From: an uncultured Chloroflexia bacterium
Lineage (GTDB): Bacteria; Chloroflexota; Limnocylindria; Limnocylindrales; CSP1-4
NCBI GenBank assembly: GCA_963749705.1
Contig: CAVVNQ010000004.1
Span: 32,001-96,000, forward strand
DNA length: 64,000 nucleotides
Reading direction: 5' to 3'
The notes under the pieces were generated by a model that searched no databases, had not been told where the DNA came from, and saw only the letters and a program-made list of their open reading frames with translations. Shown here in pieces: positions 1 through 8,578 of this stretch (the stretch's first letter is position 1; every line of letters starts with the position of its first letter). The position numbers and the translations under genes were made by a program.

Positions 1-2
1 GC

Positions 3-770
3 GAGGTCACGTTGACCTTCGCCGAGCTCGTGCAGCTGCCCCTGATCGAGCGCTACGTCACCATCGCCTGCGTCAGCAACCAGGTCGGCGGCGATCTCGT
101 GGGCAACGCGAAATGGACGGGCGTTCGGTTGATGGACGTGCTCGACATGGCCGGCATCCAGCCCGGGGCGACGCAGATCGTGCCGCGTTCCGTCGACGGC
201 TGGACGGCCGGGTTCCCCACGACGTGGATCACGGACACCCCGCGTGACGCGATGATCGCGGTCAAGATGAACGACGCCCCGCTGCCGGCGGAGCACGGCT
301 TCCCCGCCCGGCTCATCGTCCCCGGCCTGTACGGGTACGTGTCCGCCACCAAGTGGCTGAGCGACATCGAGCTCACGACGCTCGAGGCGTTCGACGCCTA
401 CTGGGTTCCCCGCGGCTGGGCGAAGGAGGCGCCGATCCTGACGCAGTCCCGGATCGACGTTCCGCAGCACGGGGCCCGGTTGAGCCCGGGTGCCGTCGCC
501 ATCGCCGGCGTCGCATGGGCGCCCGATCGAGGGATCTCGAAGGTCGAGGTATCGATCGATGGTGGCGACTGGCAGGCGGCCACGCTTGCGACGGAGCTGA
601 GCGCGTCGACCTGGGTCCAGTGGAAGCTCGCCTGGCAGGCGACCGCCGGGGACCACACGCTGGAGGTCCGCGCGACCGACGGGACCGGCGCCGTGCAGAC
701 CGCGGAGCGGACTCGGCCGGATCCGGATGGCGCCCGCGGCCATCACCAGGTCTCGGTGTCCGTGTCCTGA
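3..770 (+). CDS. Sulfite oxidase-family molybdopterin oxidoreductase (5' end truncated by window)
   Basis: TIACVSN Mo-binding Cys, GNAKWTGVRL, HGFPARLIVPGLYGYVSATKWL, C-terminal Ig-like dimerisation domain. Confidence 0.9.
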   Translation, partial: EVTLTFAELVQLPLIERYVTIACVSNQVGGDLVGNAKWTGVRLMDVLDMAGIQPGATQIVPRSVDGWTAGFPTTWITDTPRDAMIAVKMNDAPLPAEHGFPARLIVPGLYGYVSATKWLSDIELTTLEAFDAYWVPRGWAKEAPILTQSRIDVPQHGARLSPGAVAIAGVAWAPDRGISKVEVSIDGGDWQAATLATELSASTWVQWKLAWQATAGDHTLEVRATDGTGAVQTAERTRPDPDGARGHHQVSVSVS

Positions 771-893
771 CCCGCCTGCGCGACGCAGCGGCCGTGCCTG
801 GCCGCGGCGCCCGCCACGGGGCCACCATCCGTGCACTTCCGGTACGCTCTCCTCCCGGCGTCCCGCCGCTCCCCCACGCAGCAACCGATCCGG

Positions 894-1457
894 ATGACCA
901 GACACCGCTACCTGTTCGACACCCCAGACCGCTTCATCGCCGGCACCGTCGGCGAGCCGGGCAATCGCGTGTTCTTCCTCCAGGCCCGCGACGGCGCCCG
1001 GATCGTCTCGGTCGCGCTCGAGAAGGTCCAGGTTGCCGCGCTCGCCCAGCGTCTCGACGAGCTGCTCGATGAGCTCGAGCGCAGGGGGATCGAGGGCGCG
1101 GCCGAGGACGACACCCTGACCGGCGATCCCGGGCCGCTGGACGAGCCGATCAACGAGGCGTTCCGGGTCGGAACCCTGACGCTCGGCTGGGATACCGGCG
1201 ACGACCTGGTCCTGGTCGAGGCGCTGGAGCTTGTCGATGTCGATGACGAGGACGCCGCGGAGGACCTCGCCGATGACGACGACGAGGAAGGACCCGATGT
1301 CCTGCGCATCCGCGTCACGCCGCTCGCCGCGCGCGAGTTCGTGGCCCGTGCGGTCCGTGTCCTCGCGTCCGGGCGGCCACCGTGCCCCCTGTGCGGCGAG
1401 CCGCTGGATCCCCAGGGCCACCTGTGTCCGCGTCGGAACGGGCACCGGCTGAACTGA
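894..1457 (+). CDS. DUF3090 family protein
   Basis: FIAGTVGEPGNRVFFLQAR, LEKVQV, C-terminal GRPPCPLCGEPLDPQGHLCPRRNG. Confidence 0.9.
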   Translation: MTRHRYLFDTPDRFIAGTVGEPGNRVFFLQARDGARIVSVALEKVQVAALAQRLDELLDELERRGIEGAAEDDTLTGDPGPLDEPINEAFRVGTLTLGWDTGDDLVLVEALELVDVDDEDAAEDLADDDDEEGPDVLRIRVTPLAAREFVARAVRVLASGRPPCPLCGEPLDPQGHLCPRRNGHRLN

Positions 1458-1474
1458 GCGCGGGGAGCGGTCCA

Positions 1475-2335
1475 GTGGACGATCGCGACCGGGAGCAGGC
1501 GGGCGCACGGGACGCCGAGGTGGACGAGCCGTCCCCGGCAGACCTTGACGAGGAGGCGCAGGAGATCGGCGCGCTCGACCTCCCGATGCCGGTCCTGGAC
1601 ACCGACGACGCGCTCGACCTCCTGCGCAACGGCGATCTCGAGATCGTCGGCCGGCTGTACGCCTCGAGCAACAATGCCCTGCTCTGCCTGGCGACCCGGC
1701 GGGACACGGGCGGTGGCGCGGACGCCGCCGCCGAGCTCGTCGCGACGTGCATCTACAAGCCGGTCGCCGGCGAGCGTCCGCTCGACGACTTCCCCGATCG
1801 AACGCTGTCGCGGCGCGAGGTTGCGGCGTTCGTCGCGTCGCAGGCCACCCCGTGGAACGTGGTGCCGCCGACGGTGCTGCGCGACGGGCCGTTCGGCGTG
1901 GGGATGGTCCAGCTGTGGATCCAGGTCGACGAGTCGGTCGACCCGGTGGGCCTGGTGGTCGATTCGGACACGCGCCTGCGGCGGATCGCGGTGTTCGATG
2001 CCGCGCTCAACAACACCGATCGCAAGGCCGGGCACCTGCTCCCGGTCACCGGCGGCCACGTGTACGGCGTCGATCACGGGGTCACGTTCTCGCCCGTGCC
2101 CAAGCTGCGGACGGTCCTCTGGAACTGGCGCGGCGAGCCGTTCGCACCCGACGAGGTCGACGTGCTGCGGTCGCTGCGGTCGGATCTCGATGGCGCGCTC
2201 GGGGTGACCCTGCGGGAGCTGCTCGACCCGATCGAGGTCAACGCGACCGCGCGCCGCATCGACCGGCTGCTCGCCGCCGGCGTGTTCCCGCAACCCGAGC
2301 CCGGACGCCCGGCCCTTCCCTGGCCGCCGGTCTGA
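1475..2335 (+). CDS. SCO1664-family protein (PI3/4-kinase-like fold)
   Basis: IYKPVAGERPLDDFP, LSRREVAA, NNTDRKAGH, VDHGVTF, KLRTVLW, PWPPV; start approximate. Confidence 0.88.
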   Translation: MDDRDREQAGARDAEVDEPSPADLDEEAQEIGALDLPMPVLDTDDALDLLRNGDLEIVGRLYASSNNALLCLATRRDTGGGADAAAELVATCIYKPVAGERPLDDFPDRTLSRREVAAFVASQATPWNVVPPTVLRDGPFGVGMVQLWIQVDESVDPVGLVVDSDTRLRRIAVFDAALNNTDRKAGHLLPVTGGHVYGVDHGVTFSPVPKLRTVLWNWRGEPFAPDEVDVLRSLRSDLDGALGVTLRELLDPIEVNATARRIDRLLAAGVFPQPEPGRPALPWPPV

Positions 2336-2352
2336 CCGCGACGGCCCGGTCG

Positions 2353-2748
2353 TCAGGGTTCCCGGTCCACCGGTAGCCCGTCGCTCGCATCGGCGACCTC
2401 GCCGATCAGCGCCAGCTGGTCCGCATCGGGTCGCCGCGCCGTGGCCGGGTGGTCAGCATCGCGCGCTCGACGCGATCGCCCGTCGGACGGCGACATCCGC
2501 CGCCGCGTCTCGACCTCGACCCGCGCCCCGTCGGACTCCAGCGCCGGGTGCTCGACGAGCGCCACGACGCGGCTGGCCATGAACCGTCCCGTGCGGACCG
2601 GTGTCCCGCCGCGGGTGACCTCGGTGACCTCCACCACGCCGCGCGCGGTCGTGACCTCGAGCCGGCGCCCGTTGCGCGACGCGAGGATCTCGAACGTCTG
2701 GGTCCCGTGCCCGGTGTCGACCACGATCTCGACTCGATCGCCCTTCAT
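2353..2748 (-). CDS. Hypothetical protein
   Basis: Natural-looking beta-rich N-terminal domain; TATCGT -10 box 6 nt before ATG. Confidence 0.7.
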   Translation of the reverse strand: MKGDRVEIVVDTGHGTQTFEILASRNGRRLEVTTARGVVEVTEVTRGGTPVRTGRFMASRVVALVEHPALESDGARVEVETRRRMSPSDGRSRRARDADHPATARRPDADQLALIGEVADASDGLPVDREP

Positions 2749-2782
2749 GGCGGCACGATACCCCGGGTCGATGACGCGCCGC

Positions 2783-3730
2783 TCATCGGGCCGAGCCTGA
2801 CCGCTCGGCGTTGCGCTCCCGGGCCTCGCGCGCCTGCTGCGCCAGCTGGCGGAGCTGCGCCCGATAGCGCTCCGCCGCCGGGCTGCTCAGCACGTCCTCG
2901 ACCGGCACGCCCAGCACCCGCCGGATGCGCGCCTGGGCCGCCGTCCAGCGAGCCCGGAACGGCTCCCGGTCGGCTTCAGCGAGGAACTCCCAGCCCACGC
3001 CGGCCTGCAGCGCGGCGGTGCGCATATGGCTGCTGGAATGCGCGGACTCGACCTCGGACAGGTAGGCGTCGAACTCGTCGGGATCGTTGCCGTAGCCGGG
3101 CTCCCGGTCCGGGCCCGTCTCCGCCGGCCGGTTCACACGCTCCGCCTGCTGCTCGACGTGGCGATACTCGTGGAGGAGCGTCGCGTGGAGCTGCTCGAGC
3201 GCGCCGGGCCGGCCCGGGCCGAGGATCCGCGGGCTCACCTTGAAGCGCGGGTTCGGCAGCCGTCGTGACGGATCATCCGGATCGGCGAACGAGGCCCGGA
3301 ACGACGCCACGGCTCCCATCGCGCCGACGTCCCCGATCTCCCACAGGTCGCCCGCCCCCGACGTCCGGAGGAGCTTCGGATCGAGCTCCCCGCGAGCCGT
3401 CATCGCCGCCACGGCCACGCGCAGCGCCTCGGCCTGGTTGCCGGCCTCCACCTGGCGTGCGAACTCGGCCGCCGTGTCCGCCGGCAGCGGCGACGACTCG
3501 GCGGCGGGTCGGCTGTAGATGTCGAGCCGCTGCACCGTGGGCGTGGGCGCAACCCAGCTCGCCGTGGCGCGGTTGCCGGCCAGCCGCTGAAATGCCAGGA
3601 CCTGGGCGGCGGCGGGGCCGAATGCGCGCGCCAGCAGCTCCGGCGGTGCGGCGGCCCGGTCCGCCGGCAACCGCTGGCCGCCTGCCAGCGGGCCGATCGG
3701 GGGGCGCTTCGGTATCCGATCTGCGACCAA
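2783..3730 (-). CDS. HExxH zinc-metallopeptidase-like protein with QRLAGN..VQR N-terminal motif
   Basis: LLHEYRHVEQ and downstream EFDAY; TTG start with GAGGG upstream; 3' part of the long 2783..5068 ORF. Confidence 0.7.
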   Translation of the reverse strand: MVADRIPKRPPIGPLAGGQRLPADRAAAPPELLARAFGPAAAQVLAFQRLAGNRATASWVAPTPTVQRLDIYSRPAAESSPLPADTAAEFARQVEAGNQAEALRVAVAAMTARGELDPKLLRTSGAGDLWEIGDVGAMGAVASFRASFADPDDPSRRLPNPRFKVSPRILGPGRPGALEQLHATLLHEYRHVEQQAERVNRPAETGPDREPGYGNDPDEFDAYLSEVESAHSSSHMRTAALQAGVGWEFLAEADREPFRARWTAAQARIRRVLGVPVEDVLSSPAAERYRAQLRQLAQQAREARERNAERSGSAR

Positions 3731-3976
3731 TGACCAACCCTCGGAACGTGCCGTGGACAAAGGATCGCGCGGCGCACGGGGCTCCGGCGGTCCGTTCGGG
3801 CAACGGCGGGGGCGAACGGGCTGCCCGAACGGGTGGCTGGGCCTGCGCGCGCTGAGGGCTCCCCTCGGCAACGCGTGCCTCGCCGCCGGACGGATCTTCG
3901 CCGCGATGCGGGCGCGTCCTCGGGGCCCACGCGCGGACGGCCGATGCGACCGCCCTCGTTGGGGCAGGATGGACGG

Positions 3977-5578
3977 GTGAGACGCTGGAACGGCTGGGGC
4001 GACGATGGCGACGACACGGAGCTGGGCCGCGGCGCGCGCCGGTTGCTCGAGCAGCGGCTCGGACCCGCGACGCCGCCGGTCGATGCCGTCCTCGAGGACG
4101 TGGTTGCCGCGGTCCCCGCCTCGAGGCTGAGCGCATATCCGGCCCTGTCGGACGATCCGGAGCTGCGCGTGCGGCGGGCGCGCGGCCAGTCGTTCCCGGA
4201 CCTCGTCGCGCTCCGGTCGGGTCGCATCGACGCAGTTCCCGACGCGGTCGCGCGCCCGATCGACGACACCCAGGTTCGCGAGCTGATCGACCACGCGCGG
4301 AGCGTCGGCGCGCGACTCGTGCCGTACGGCGGCGGCACCAGCGTCGTGGGCGGCGTGTCCGTCCGGGCGCTGCCAGATCCGGTGATCACCGTGGACCTGG
4401 GCCGGCTCGCCGGCGTCCGGTCGGTCGACGAGCGCAGCGGCCTGGTCACGGCGGGCAGCGGGACGACCGGCCCGGCGCTCGCGACCACGCTGGCGGGCGT
4501 CGGACTGACCGTGGGCCACGAGCCGCAGTCCTGGGAGCTGGCGACGGTCGGGGGCTGGGTCGCGGCGCGCGGGTCCGGGCTGCGGAGCATGGGCGTCGGG
4601 CGGATCGAACAGCTGTACGCCGGCGGGCGGCTCCAGGCGCCGGCCGGTACGCTCGACATGGCCCCGTACCCGGGCTCGGCGGCCGGGCCGGACGTGCGCC
4701 AGCTGGTGCTGGGGTCGGAGGGCCGGCTGGGGATCCTGACCGACGTGATCCTGCGCACGACGCCGCTGCCCGAGGTCGACCTGCTGGAGGCCTGGGCCCT
4801 GCCCGGCTGGGCGGCGGCGCACGAGGCGGTGCGTGCGGTCGCCCAGGCGCGACCGGGCCTGTCGCTGCTGCGACTGTCGACGCCCGCCGAGACGCAGACG
4901 CTGCTGGCCTTCGCGGAACGCCCGATGCAGACGACGGCGCTCGGCGCATACCTTCGTGCGCGGCGCCAGCCTGCCGACTGGGCCCTGGTGCTGCTGGGTG
5001 CCTCCGGTCGACGGCGCGTGGCTCGCGCGGCGCGTGCCGAGGCCGTGTCGATCCTGCGCGGGTTCCACGCGGTCCGGGTTCCCGGTCTGGCCGCGACCTG
5101 GTCCAGGACCCGCTTCCGCTCACCGTACCTGCGCAACGCGCTGTGGTCGGCCGGCTACGGCTCGGACACGCTCGAGACCGCGACCGACTGGACGCACGTC
5201 CCATCGCTGCTCGCCGGCCTCGAGGCGGCCGTCGCAGGGGCACTCGCGCCGCGCGGCGAGCGCGTCCACCTGTTCACGCACCTGTCGCACCTGTACCCGT
5301 CAGGGTCGAGCCTGTACCTGACGTACCTGTTCCGCCTGGGGCCGGATCCGGACGAGACGCTCGACCGGTGGCAGGCCATCAAGCGCGCGGCCTCGGAGGC
5401 GATCGTCGCCGAGGGCGCGACGATCAGCCATCACCACGGGATCGGGACGGACCATGCGCCGTACCTGTCGTCGGAGAAGGGGCCGCTCGGGATGGCGGCG
5501 CTGGAGTCGATCGTGCGGACGTTCGATCCCGACGGGCTGATGAACCCCGGCGTGCTGCTCGTGGACGGACGTCGGTGA
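3977..5578 (+). CDS. FAD-binding oxidoreductase, alkyl-dihydroxyacetone-phosphate synthase-like
   Basis: RRWNGWG start, PYGGGTSVVGG, GHEPQS, GSEGRLGI, HLSHLY, SHHHGIG, DPDGLMNPG. Confidence 0.9.
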   Translation: MRRWNGWGDDGDDTELGRGARRLLEQRLGPATPPVDAVLEDVVAAVPASRLSAYPALSDDPELRVRRARGQSFPDLVALRSGRIDAVPDAVARPIDDTQVRELIDHARSVGARLVPYGGGTSVVGGVSVRALPDPVITVDLGRLAGVRSVDERSGLVTAGSGTTGPALATTLAGVGLTVGHEPQSWELATVGGWVAARGSGLRSMGVGRIEQLYAGGRLQAPAGTLDMAPYPGSAAGPDVRQLVLGSEGRLGILTDVILRTTPLPEVDLLEAWALPGWAAAHEAVRAVAQARPGLSLLRLSTPAETQTLLAFAERPMQTTALGAYLRARRQPADWALVLLGASGRRRVARAARAEAVSILRGFHAVRVPGLAATWSRTRFRSPYLRNALWSAGYGSDTLETATDWTHVPSLLAGLEAAVAGALAPRGERVHLFTHLSHLYPSGSSLYLTYLFRLGPDPDETLDRWQAIKRAASEAIVAEGATISHHHGIGTDHAPYLSSEKGPLGMAALESIVRTFDPDGLMNPGVLLVDGRR

Positions 5579-5679
5579 CGACGAGGCCGCGACACGGTCG
5601 CCGACGGGGCCGCGTGACCGCGCCGACGGGGCCCCATGATCGCCGACGGCGCCGCATCACGGCGGCGGGGACCCGATGA
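5575..5679 (+). CDS. Putative 34-aa Arg-rich bridging ORF
   Basis: GTG overlaps the upstream TGA (GTGA); its TGA overlaps the downstream ATG (ATGA). Confidence 0.35.
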   Translation: MTTRPRHGRRRGRVTAPTGPHDRRRRRITAAGTR

Positions 5680-7238
5680 CCGCCGACCGCCTGCTGGCGC
5701 TCGATGTCGGGACGCAGAGCGTCCGGGCGATGGTGTTCGACCCGGCCGGGAACCTGCTGGCCCGCGCGAAGGTCCCGATCGAGCCGTACGTCGACGGGCC
5801 TCCCGGCTGCTGCGAGCAGGATCCGGACCTGTTCTGGCGTGCGATCGGTGAGGCGTGCCGGCAGCTGTGGGCGATGCCCGATGGCCGTCGCGACGCACTG
5901 GCCGGCGTCGCGCTCACGACCCAGCGTGGGACCGTCGTCGTCACCGATGAGGCCGGCGAGCCGCTGCGGCGGGCGATGATCTGGCTCGATCGCTGCCGCG
6001 TCGAGGGGCTGCCCAGGATCGGCGGCCGGTGGGGCGTCCTGTTCCGCGCCGCTCGCGTGACCGAGACGGTGGCGATGTTCCAGGCCGAGGCCGAGGCGAA
6101 CGTCATCCGCGCCCGTGAGCCCGGGGTATGGGCGCAGGTCCGGCGGTACCTGCTGCTGTCGGGCTTCCTCACCCATCGCCTGACCGGGGAGCTCGCGGAC
6201 TCGGTGGCCGCCCAGGTGGGCTACCTCCCGTTCGACTACAAGGCGCTTCGCTGGGCGAAGCCGGGCGACTGGAAATGGCAGGCGGTTCCGGTCGAGCCCG
6301 CGTGGCTGCCCCGGCTGGTGCCGCCGGGCGGCATGCTCGGGACCATCAGCGCCGCCGCCGCCGAGGCGACGGGGATCCCCGCGGGCCTGCCGTTGATCGC
6401 CGCCGCGGGGGACAAGGCGTGCGAGGTGCTCGGGTCCGGGGCGCTCGACCCGCACGTGGGCGCGATCTCGCTGGGCACCACGGCCTCCATCAACACCACC
6501 CATCGCCGGTACGTCGAGGTCATCCCGGTCGTGCCCCCCTACCCCGCCGCGGTCCCCGGCGCCTACAGCCTCGAGGTCAACGTCTATCGCGGCTACTGGA
6601 TGATCGAATGGTTCAAGCGCGAGTTCGGGGCGGCCGAGGTCGCCCGCGCCGCGGAGCTGGGCGTGGAGACCGAGGCGCTGTTCGACGAGCTGGTTGCCGC
6701 GACCCCGGCCGGCTCGATGGGCCTCGTGCTCCAGCCGTACTGGTCGCCGGGCGTGCGGATCCCGGGCCCCGAGGCCAAGGGTGCCGTCATCGGCTGGGGC
6801 GACGTGCATACCCGTGCCCACCTGTATCGGGCCATCCTCGAGGGGCTCGCGTACGCGTTGCGCGAAGGCGCCGAGCGGACGGTGCGACGAACGAAGGTGC
6901 CGATCCGCGAGCTGCGGGTCTCGGGCGGTGGCAGCCAGAGCCCGTCCGCCGTCCAGCTCACCGCCGACGTGTTCGGGCTGCCCACCTCGCGCCCGCACAC
7001 CCACGAGACGTCCGGGCTGGGGGCCGCGATCGATGCCGCGGTCGGGCTGGGGATCCACCCCACGTTCGAGGCGGCGGTCGCCGCGATGACGCGGATCGCC
7101 GAGACCCGCGACCCGGATCCGGCGACCCGCGCCATGTACGACGACATGTATCACGCGGTCTACCTGCGGCTGTACGACCGGCTGAAGCCGCTGTACGGCG
7201 AGATTCGACGCATCACCGGGTATCCTCCGCCGGCGTGA
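5676..7238 (+). CDS. FGGY-family carbohydrate kinase
   Basis: LALDVGTQSVRA, EQDP, WLD.R, GDKACE, SLGT, ILEGLAY, VSGGGSQS. Confidence 0.92.
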   Translation: MTADRLLALDVGTQSVRAMVFDPAGNLLARAKVPIEPYVDGPPGCCEQDPDLFWRAIGEACRQLWAMPDGRRDALAGVALTTQRGTVVVTDEAGEPLRRAMIWLDRCRVEGLPRIGGRWGVLFRAARVTETVAMFQAEAEANVIRAREPGVWAQVRRYLLLSGFLTHRLTGELADSVAAQVGYLPFDYKALRWAKPGDWKWQAVPVEPAWLPRLVPPGGMLGTISAAAAEATGIPAGLPLIAAAGDKACEVLGSGALDPHVGAISLGTTASINTTHRRYVEVIPVVPPYPAAVPGAYSLEVNVYRGYWMIEWFKREFGAAEVARAAELGVETEALFDELVAATPAGSMGLVLQPYWSPGVRIPGPEAKGAVIGWGDVHTRAHLYRAILEGLAYALREGAERTVRRTKVPIRELRVSGGGSQSPSAVQLTADVFGLPTSRPHTHETSGLGAAIDAAVGLGIHPTFEAAVAAMTRIAETRDPDPATRAMYDDMYHAVYLRLYDRLKPLYGEIRRITGYPPPA

Positions 7239-7296
7239 CCTGGCCCGATCGGCGACGGGAGTCGGGGTCCGGGTGGGCATGGCCCGAACGGGTGGT

Positions 7297-7325
7297 TTGA
7301 CAGAATCGACCATCGGCCCGATGCT
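7297..7325 (+). promoter_or_regulatory. Sigma70-type promoter
   Basis: TTGACA-17 nt-GATGCT. Confidence 0.6.
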
Positions 7326-7494
7326 CTACAGGTATCGCCCGAGTGAACGCGGCCGACAGGTCGACGCCAAACCGCGCAACCTCCGCCGCGCCGGGCACCA
7401 AACGAACGCCGCTCCGGCCCCGTATGTCCGGCCGTTGGAGCGGCAAGGCACCCATCCCAACCCGATGGGCTGCCGGGAAAGGAACTCTCGTCAC

Positions 7495-7683
7495 ATGCTC
7501 ACCCGCGCCACCACGAACGCCGTGGCGCATCGCGCCAGCTCGATGCGCCGAATGCGCCGCCGAGCCGTCGCAGCGAACCGGCTCTACTGCGCCACCAACG
7601 GCTGCACCAGCTTCCTCGTCATCGACGAGCTCGGCGGTGTCGCCCATTGCGAGATCTGCGGTTACGTTCGCAGGCTCAACTGA
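7495..7683 (+). CDS. Small basic Zn-ribbon protein (62 aa)
   Basis: SD GAAAGGAA; CATNGC...CEICG cysteine pairs; followed by a terminator. Confidence 0.7.
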   Translation: MLTRATTNAVAHRASSMRRMRRRAVAANRLYCATNGCTSFLVIDELGGVAHCEICGYVRRLN

Positions 7684-7731
7684 TACGACCCCGCGGCAGG
7701 GACACTTCGCTCCCGCCCGGGTCTGACCGTC

Positions 7732-7762
7732 GGCCGGCCCTGAGGGCCGGCCTTCGTGTTTC
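7732..7762 (+). terminator. Intrinsic terminator
   Basis: GGCCGGCCC-TGA-GGGCCGGCC followed by TTCGTGTTT, between convergent genes. Confidence 0.75.
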
Positions 7763-7770
7763 CGGCGTCA

Positions 7771-8559
7771 TCAGCGGGGTGGCATCGCCTCGAAGGTGCG
7801 ATCGATGTCCGCGAGCATCCGGACGGTCGCGTCGGTGACCACCTCCAGGTAGCGCTCGCCGAACTCGGCCGTCGCGCCGCGGGCGTCGCCCCAGGTCCCG
7901 GAGTGGGTCGCCCGGTGCACCGAGCCCGGCGCCGAGAAGAAGAACGCGGTGTGAACGGCGGCGGGACCCGCGACATCGGGAAACGGCGGGAACTCGACGT
8001 TCGCCCGGTCCATGTCGACGAGATCCGGGTTGATCGCCAGCACCGCCGACGTCTCGCCCTTGTTTGCGTGCAGGCCGTTGGACGGATCGAAGTACTCGGC
8101 GGCCTCGGCCGGGGTCATGCCGTCCCAGTAGTTGATCGGGAACGCGTCCACGCCATCGGGCAGCCGCTCTCGGACGTTCGCGCAGGCATAGGCAATCGCA
8201 TACGTGTTGTCGTAGTGGCCGTTGAGGAACACGATCCGCCGGAAGCCGATGGAGGCGAGCGACGCGCACACGTCCTCGATCAGGGCCATGAACGTCGGGA
8301 TCCGGATATGGACGACGCCCGTGAACCCGACGTGCGGGTAGGACAGCCCGTAGTTGACGGACGGAGCGACCAGCGCGTCCACCTGCGGAGCGACGCGTCG
8401 CGCCACCTCGACCGGGATGAGGACATCGGTCGCGAGCGGGCCGTGCGGGCCGTGCTGCTCGGTGGAGCCGACCGGCACGATCACCGTCCGATGTTCGGCC
8501 AGGAACGCCGCCACCTCCGGGTCGGTCATCTCGCCCATGAACACGGTTGCCGGCTTCAT
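7771..8559 (-). CDS. Creatininase-family amidohydrolase
   Basis: PVGSTEQHGPHGPLATD, NGHYDN, HANKGETS. Confidence 0.92.
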   Translation of the reverse strand: MKPATVFMGEMTDPEVAAFLAEHRTVIVPVGSTEQHGPHGPLATDVLIPVEVARRVAPQVDALVAPSVNYGLSYPHVGFTGVVHIRIPTFMALIEDVCASLASIGFRRIVFLNGHYDNTYAIAYACANVRERLPDGVDAFPINYWDGMTPAEAAEYFDPSNGLHANKGETSAVLAINPDLVDMDRANVEFPPFPDVAGPAAVHTAFFFSAPGSVHRATHSGTWGDARGATAEFGERYLEVVTDATVRMLADIDRTFEAMPPR

Positions 8560-8578
8560 CGCGCGGGTCCTCCTCGCC

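Noticed and set aside
7331-7400. SAM-I or c-di-GMP riboswitch resemblance (ATC..GAG, GCAACC, CAAACC)
   Set aside because: Only fragments match and core consensus elements are missing; kept as an unknown structured leader
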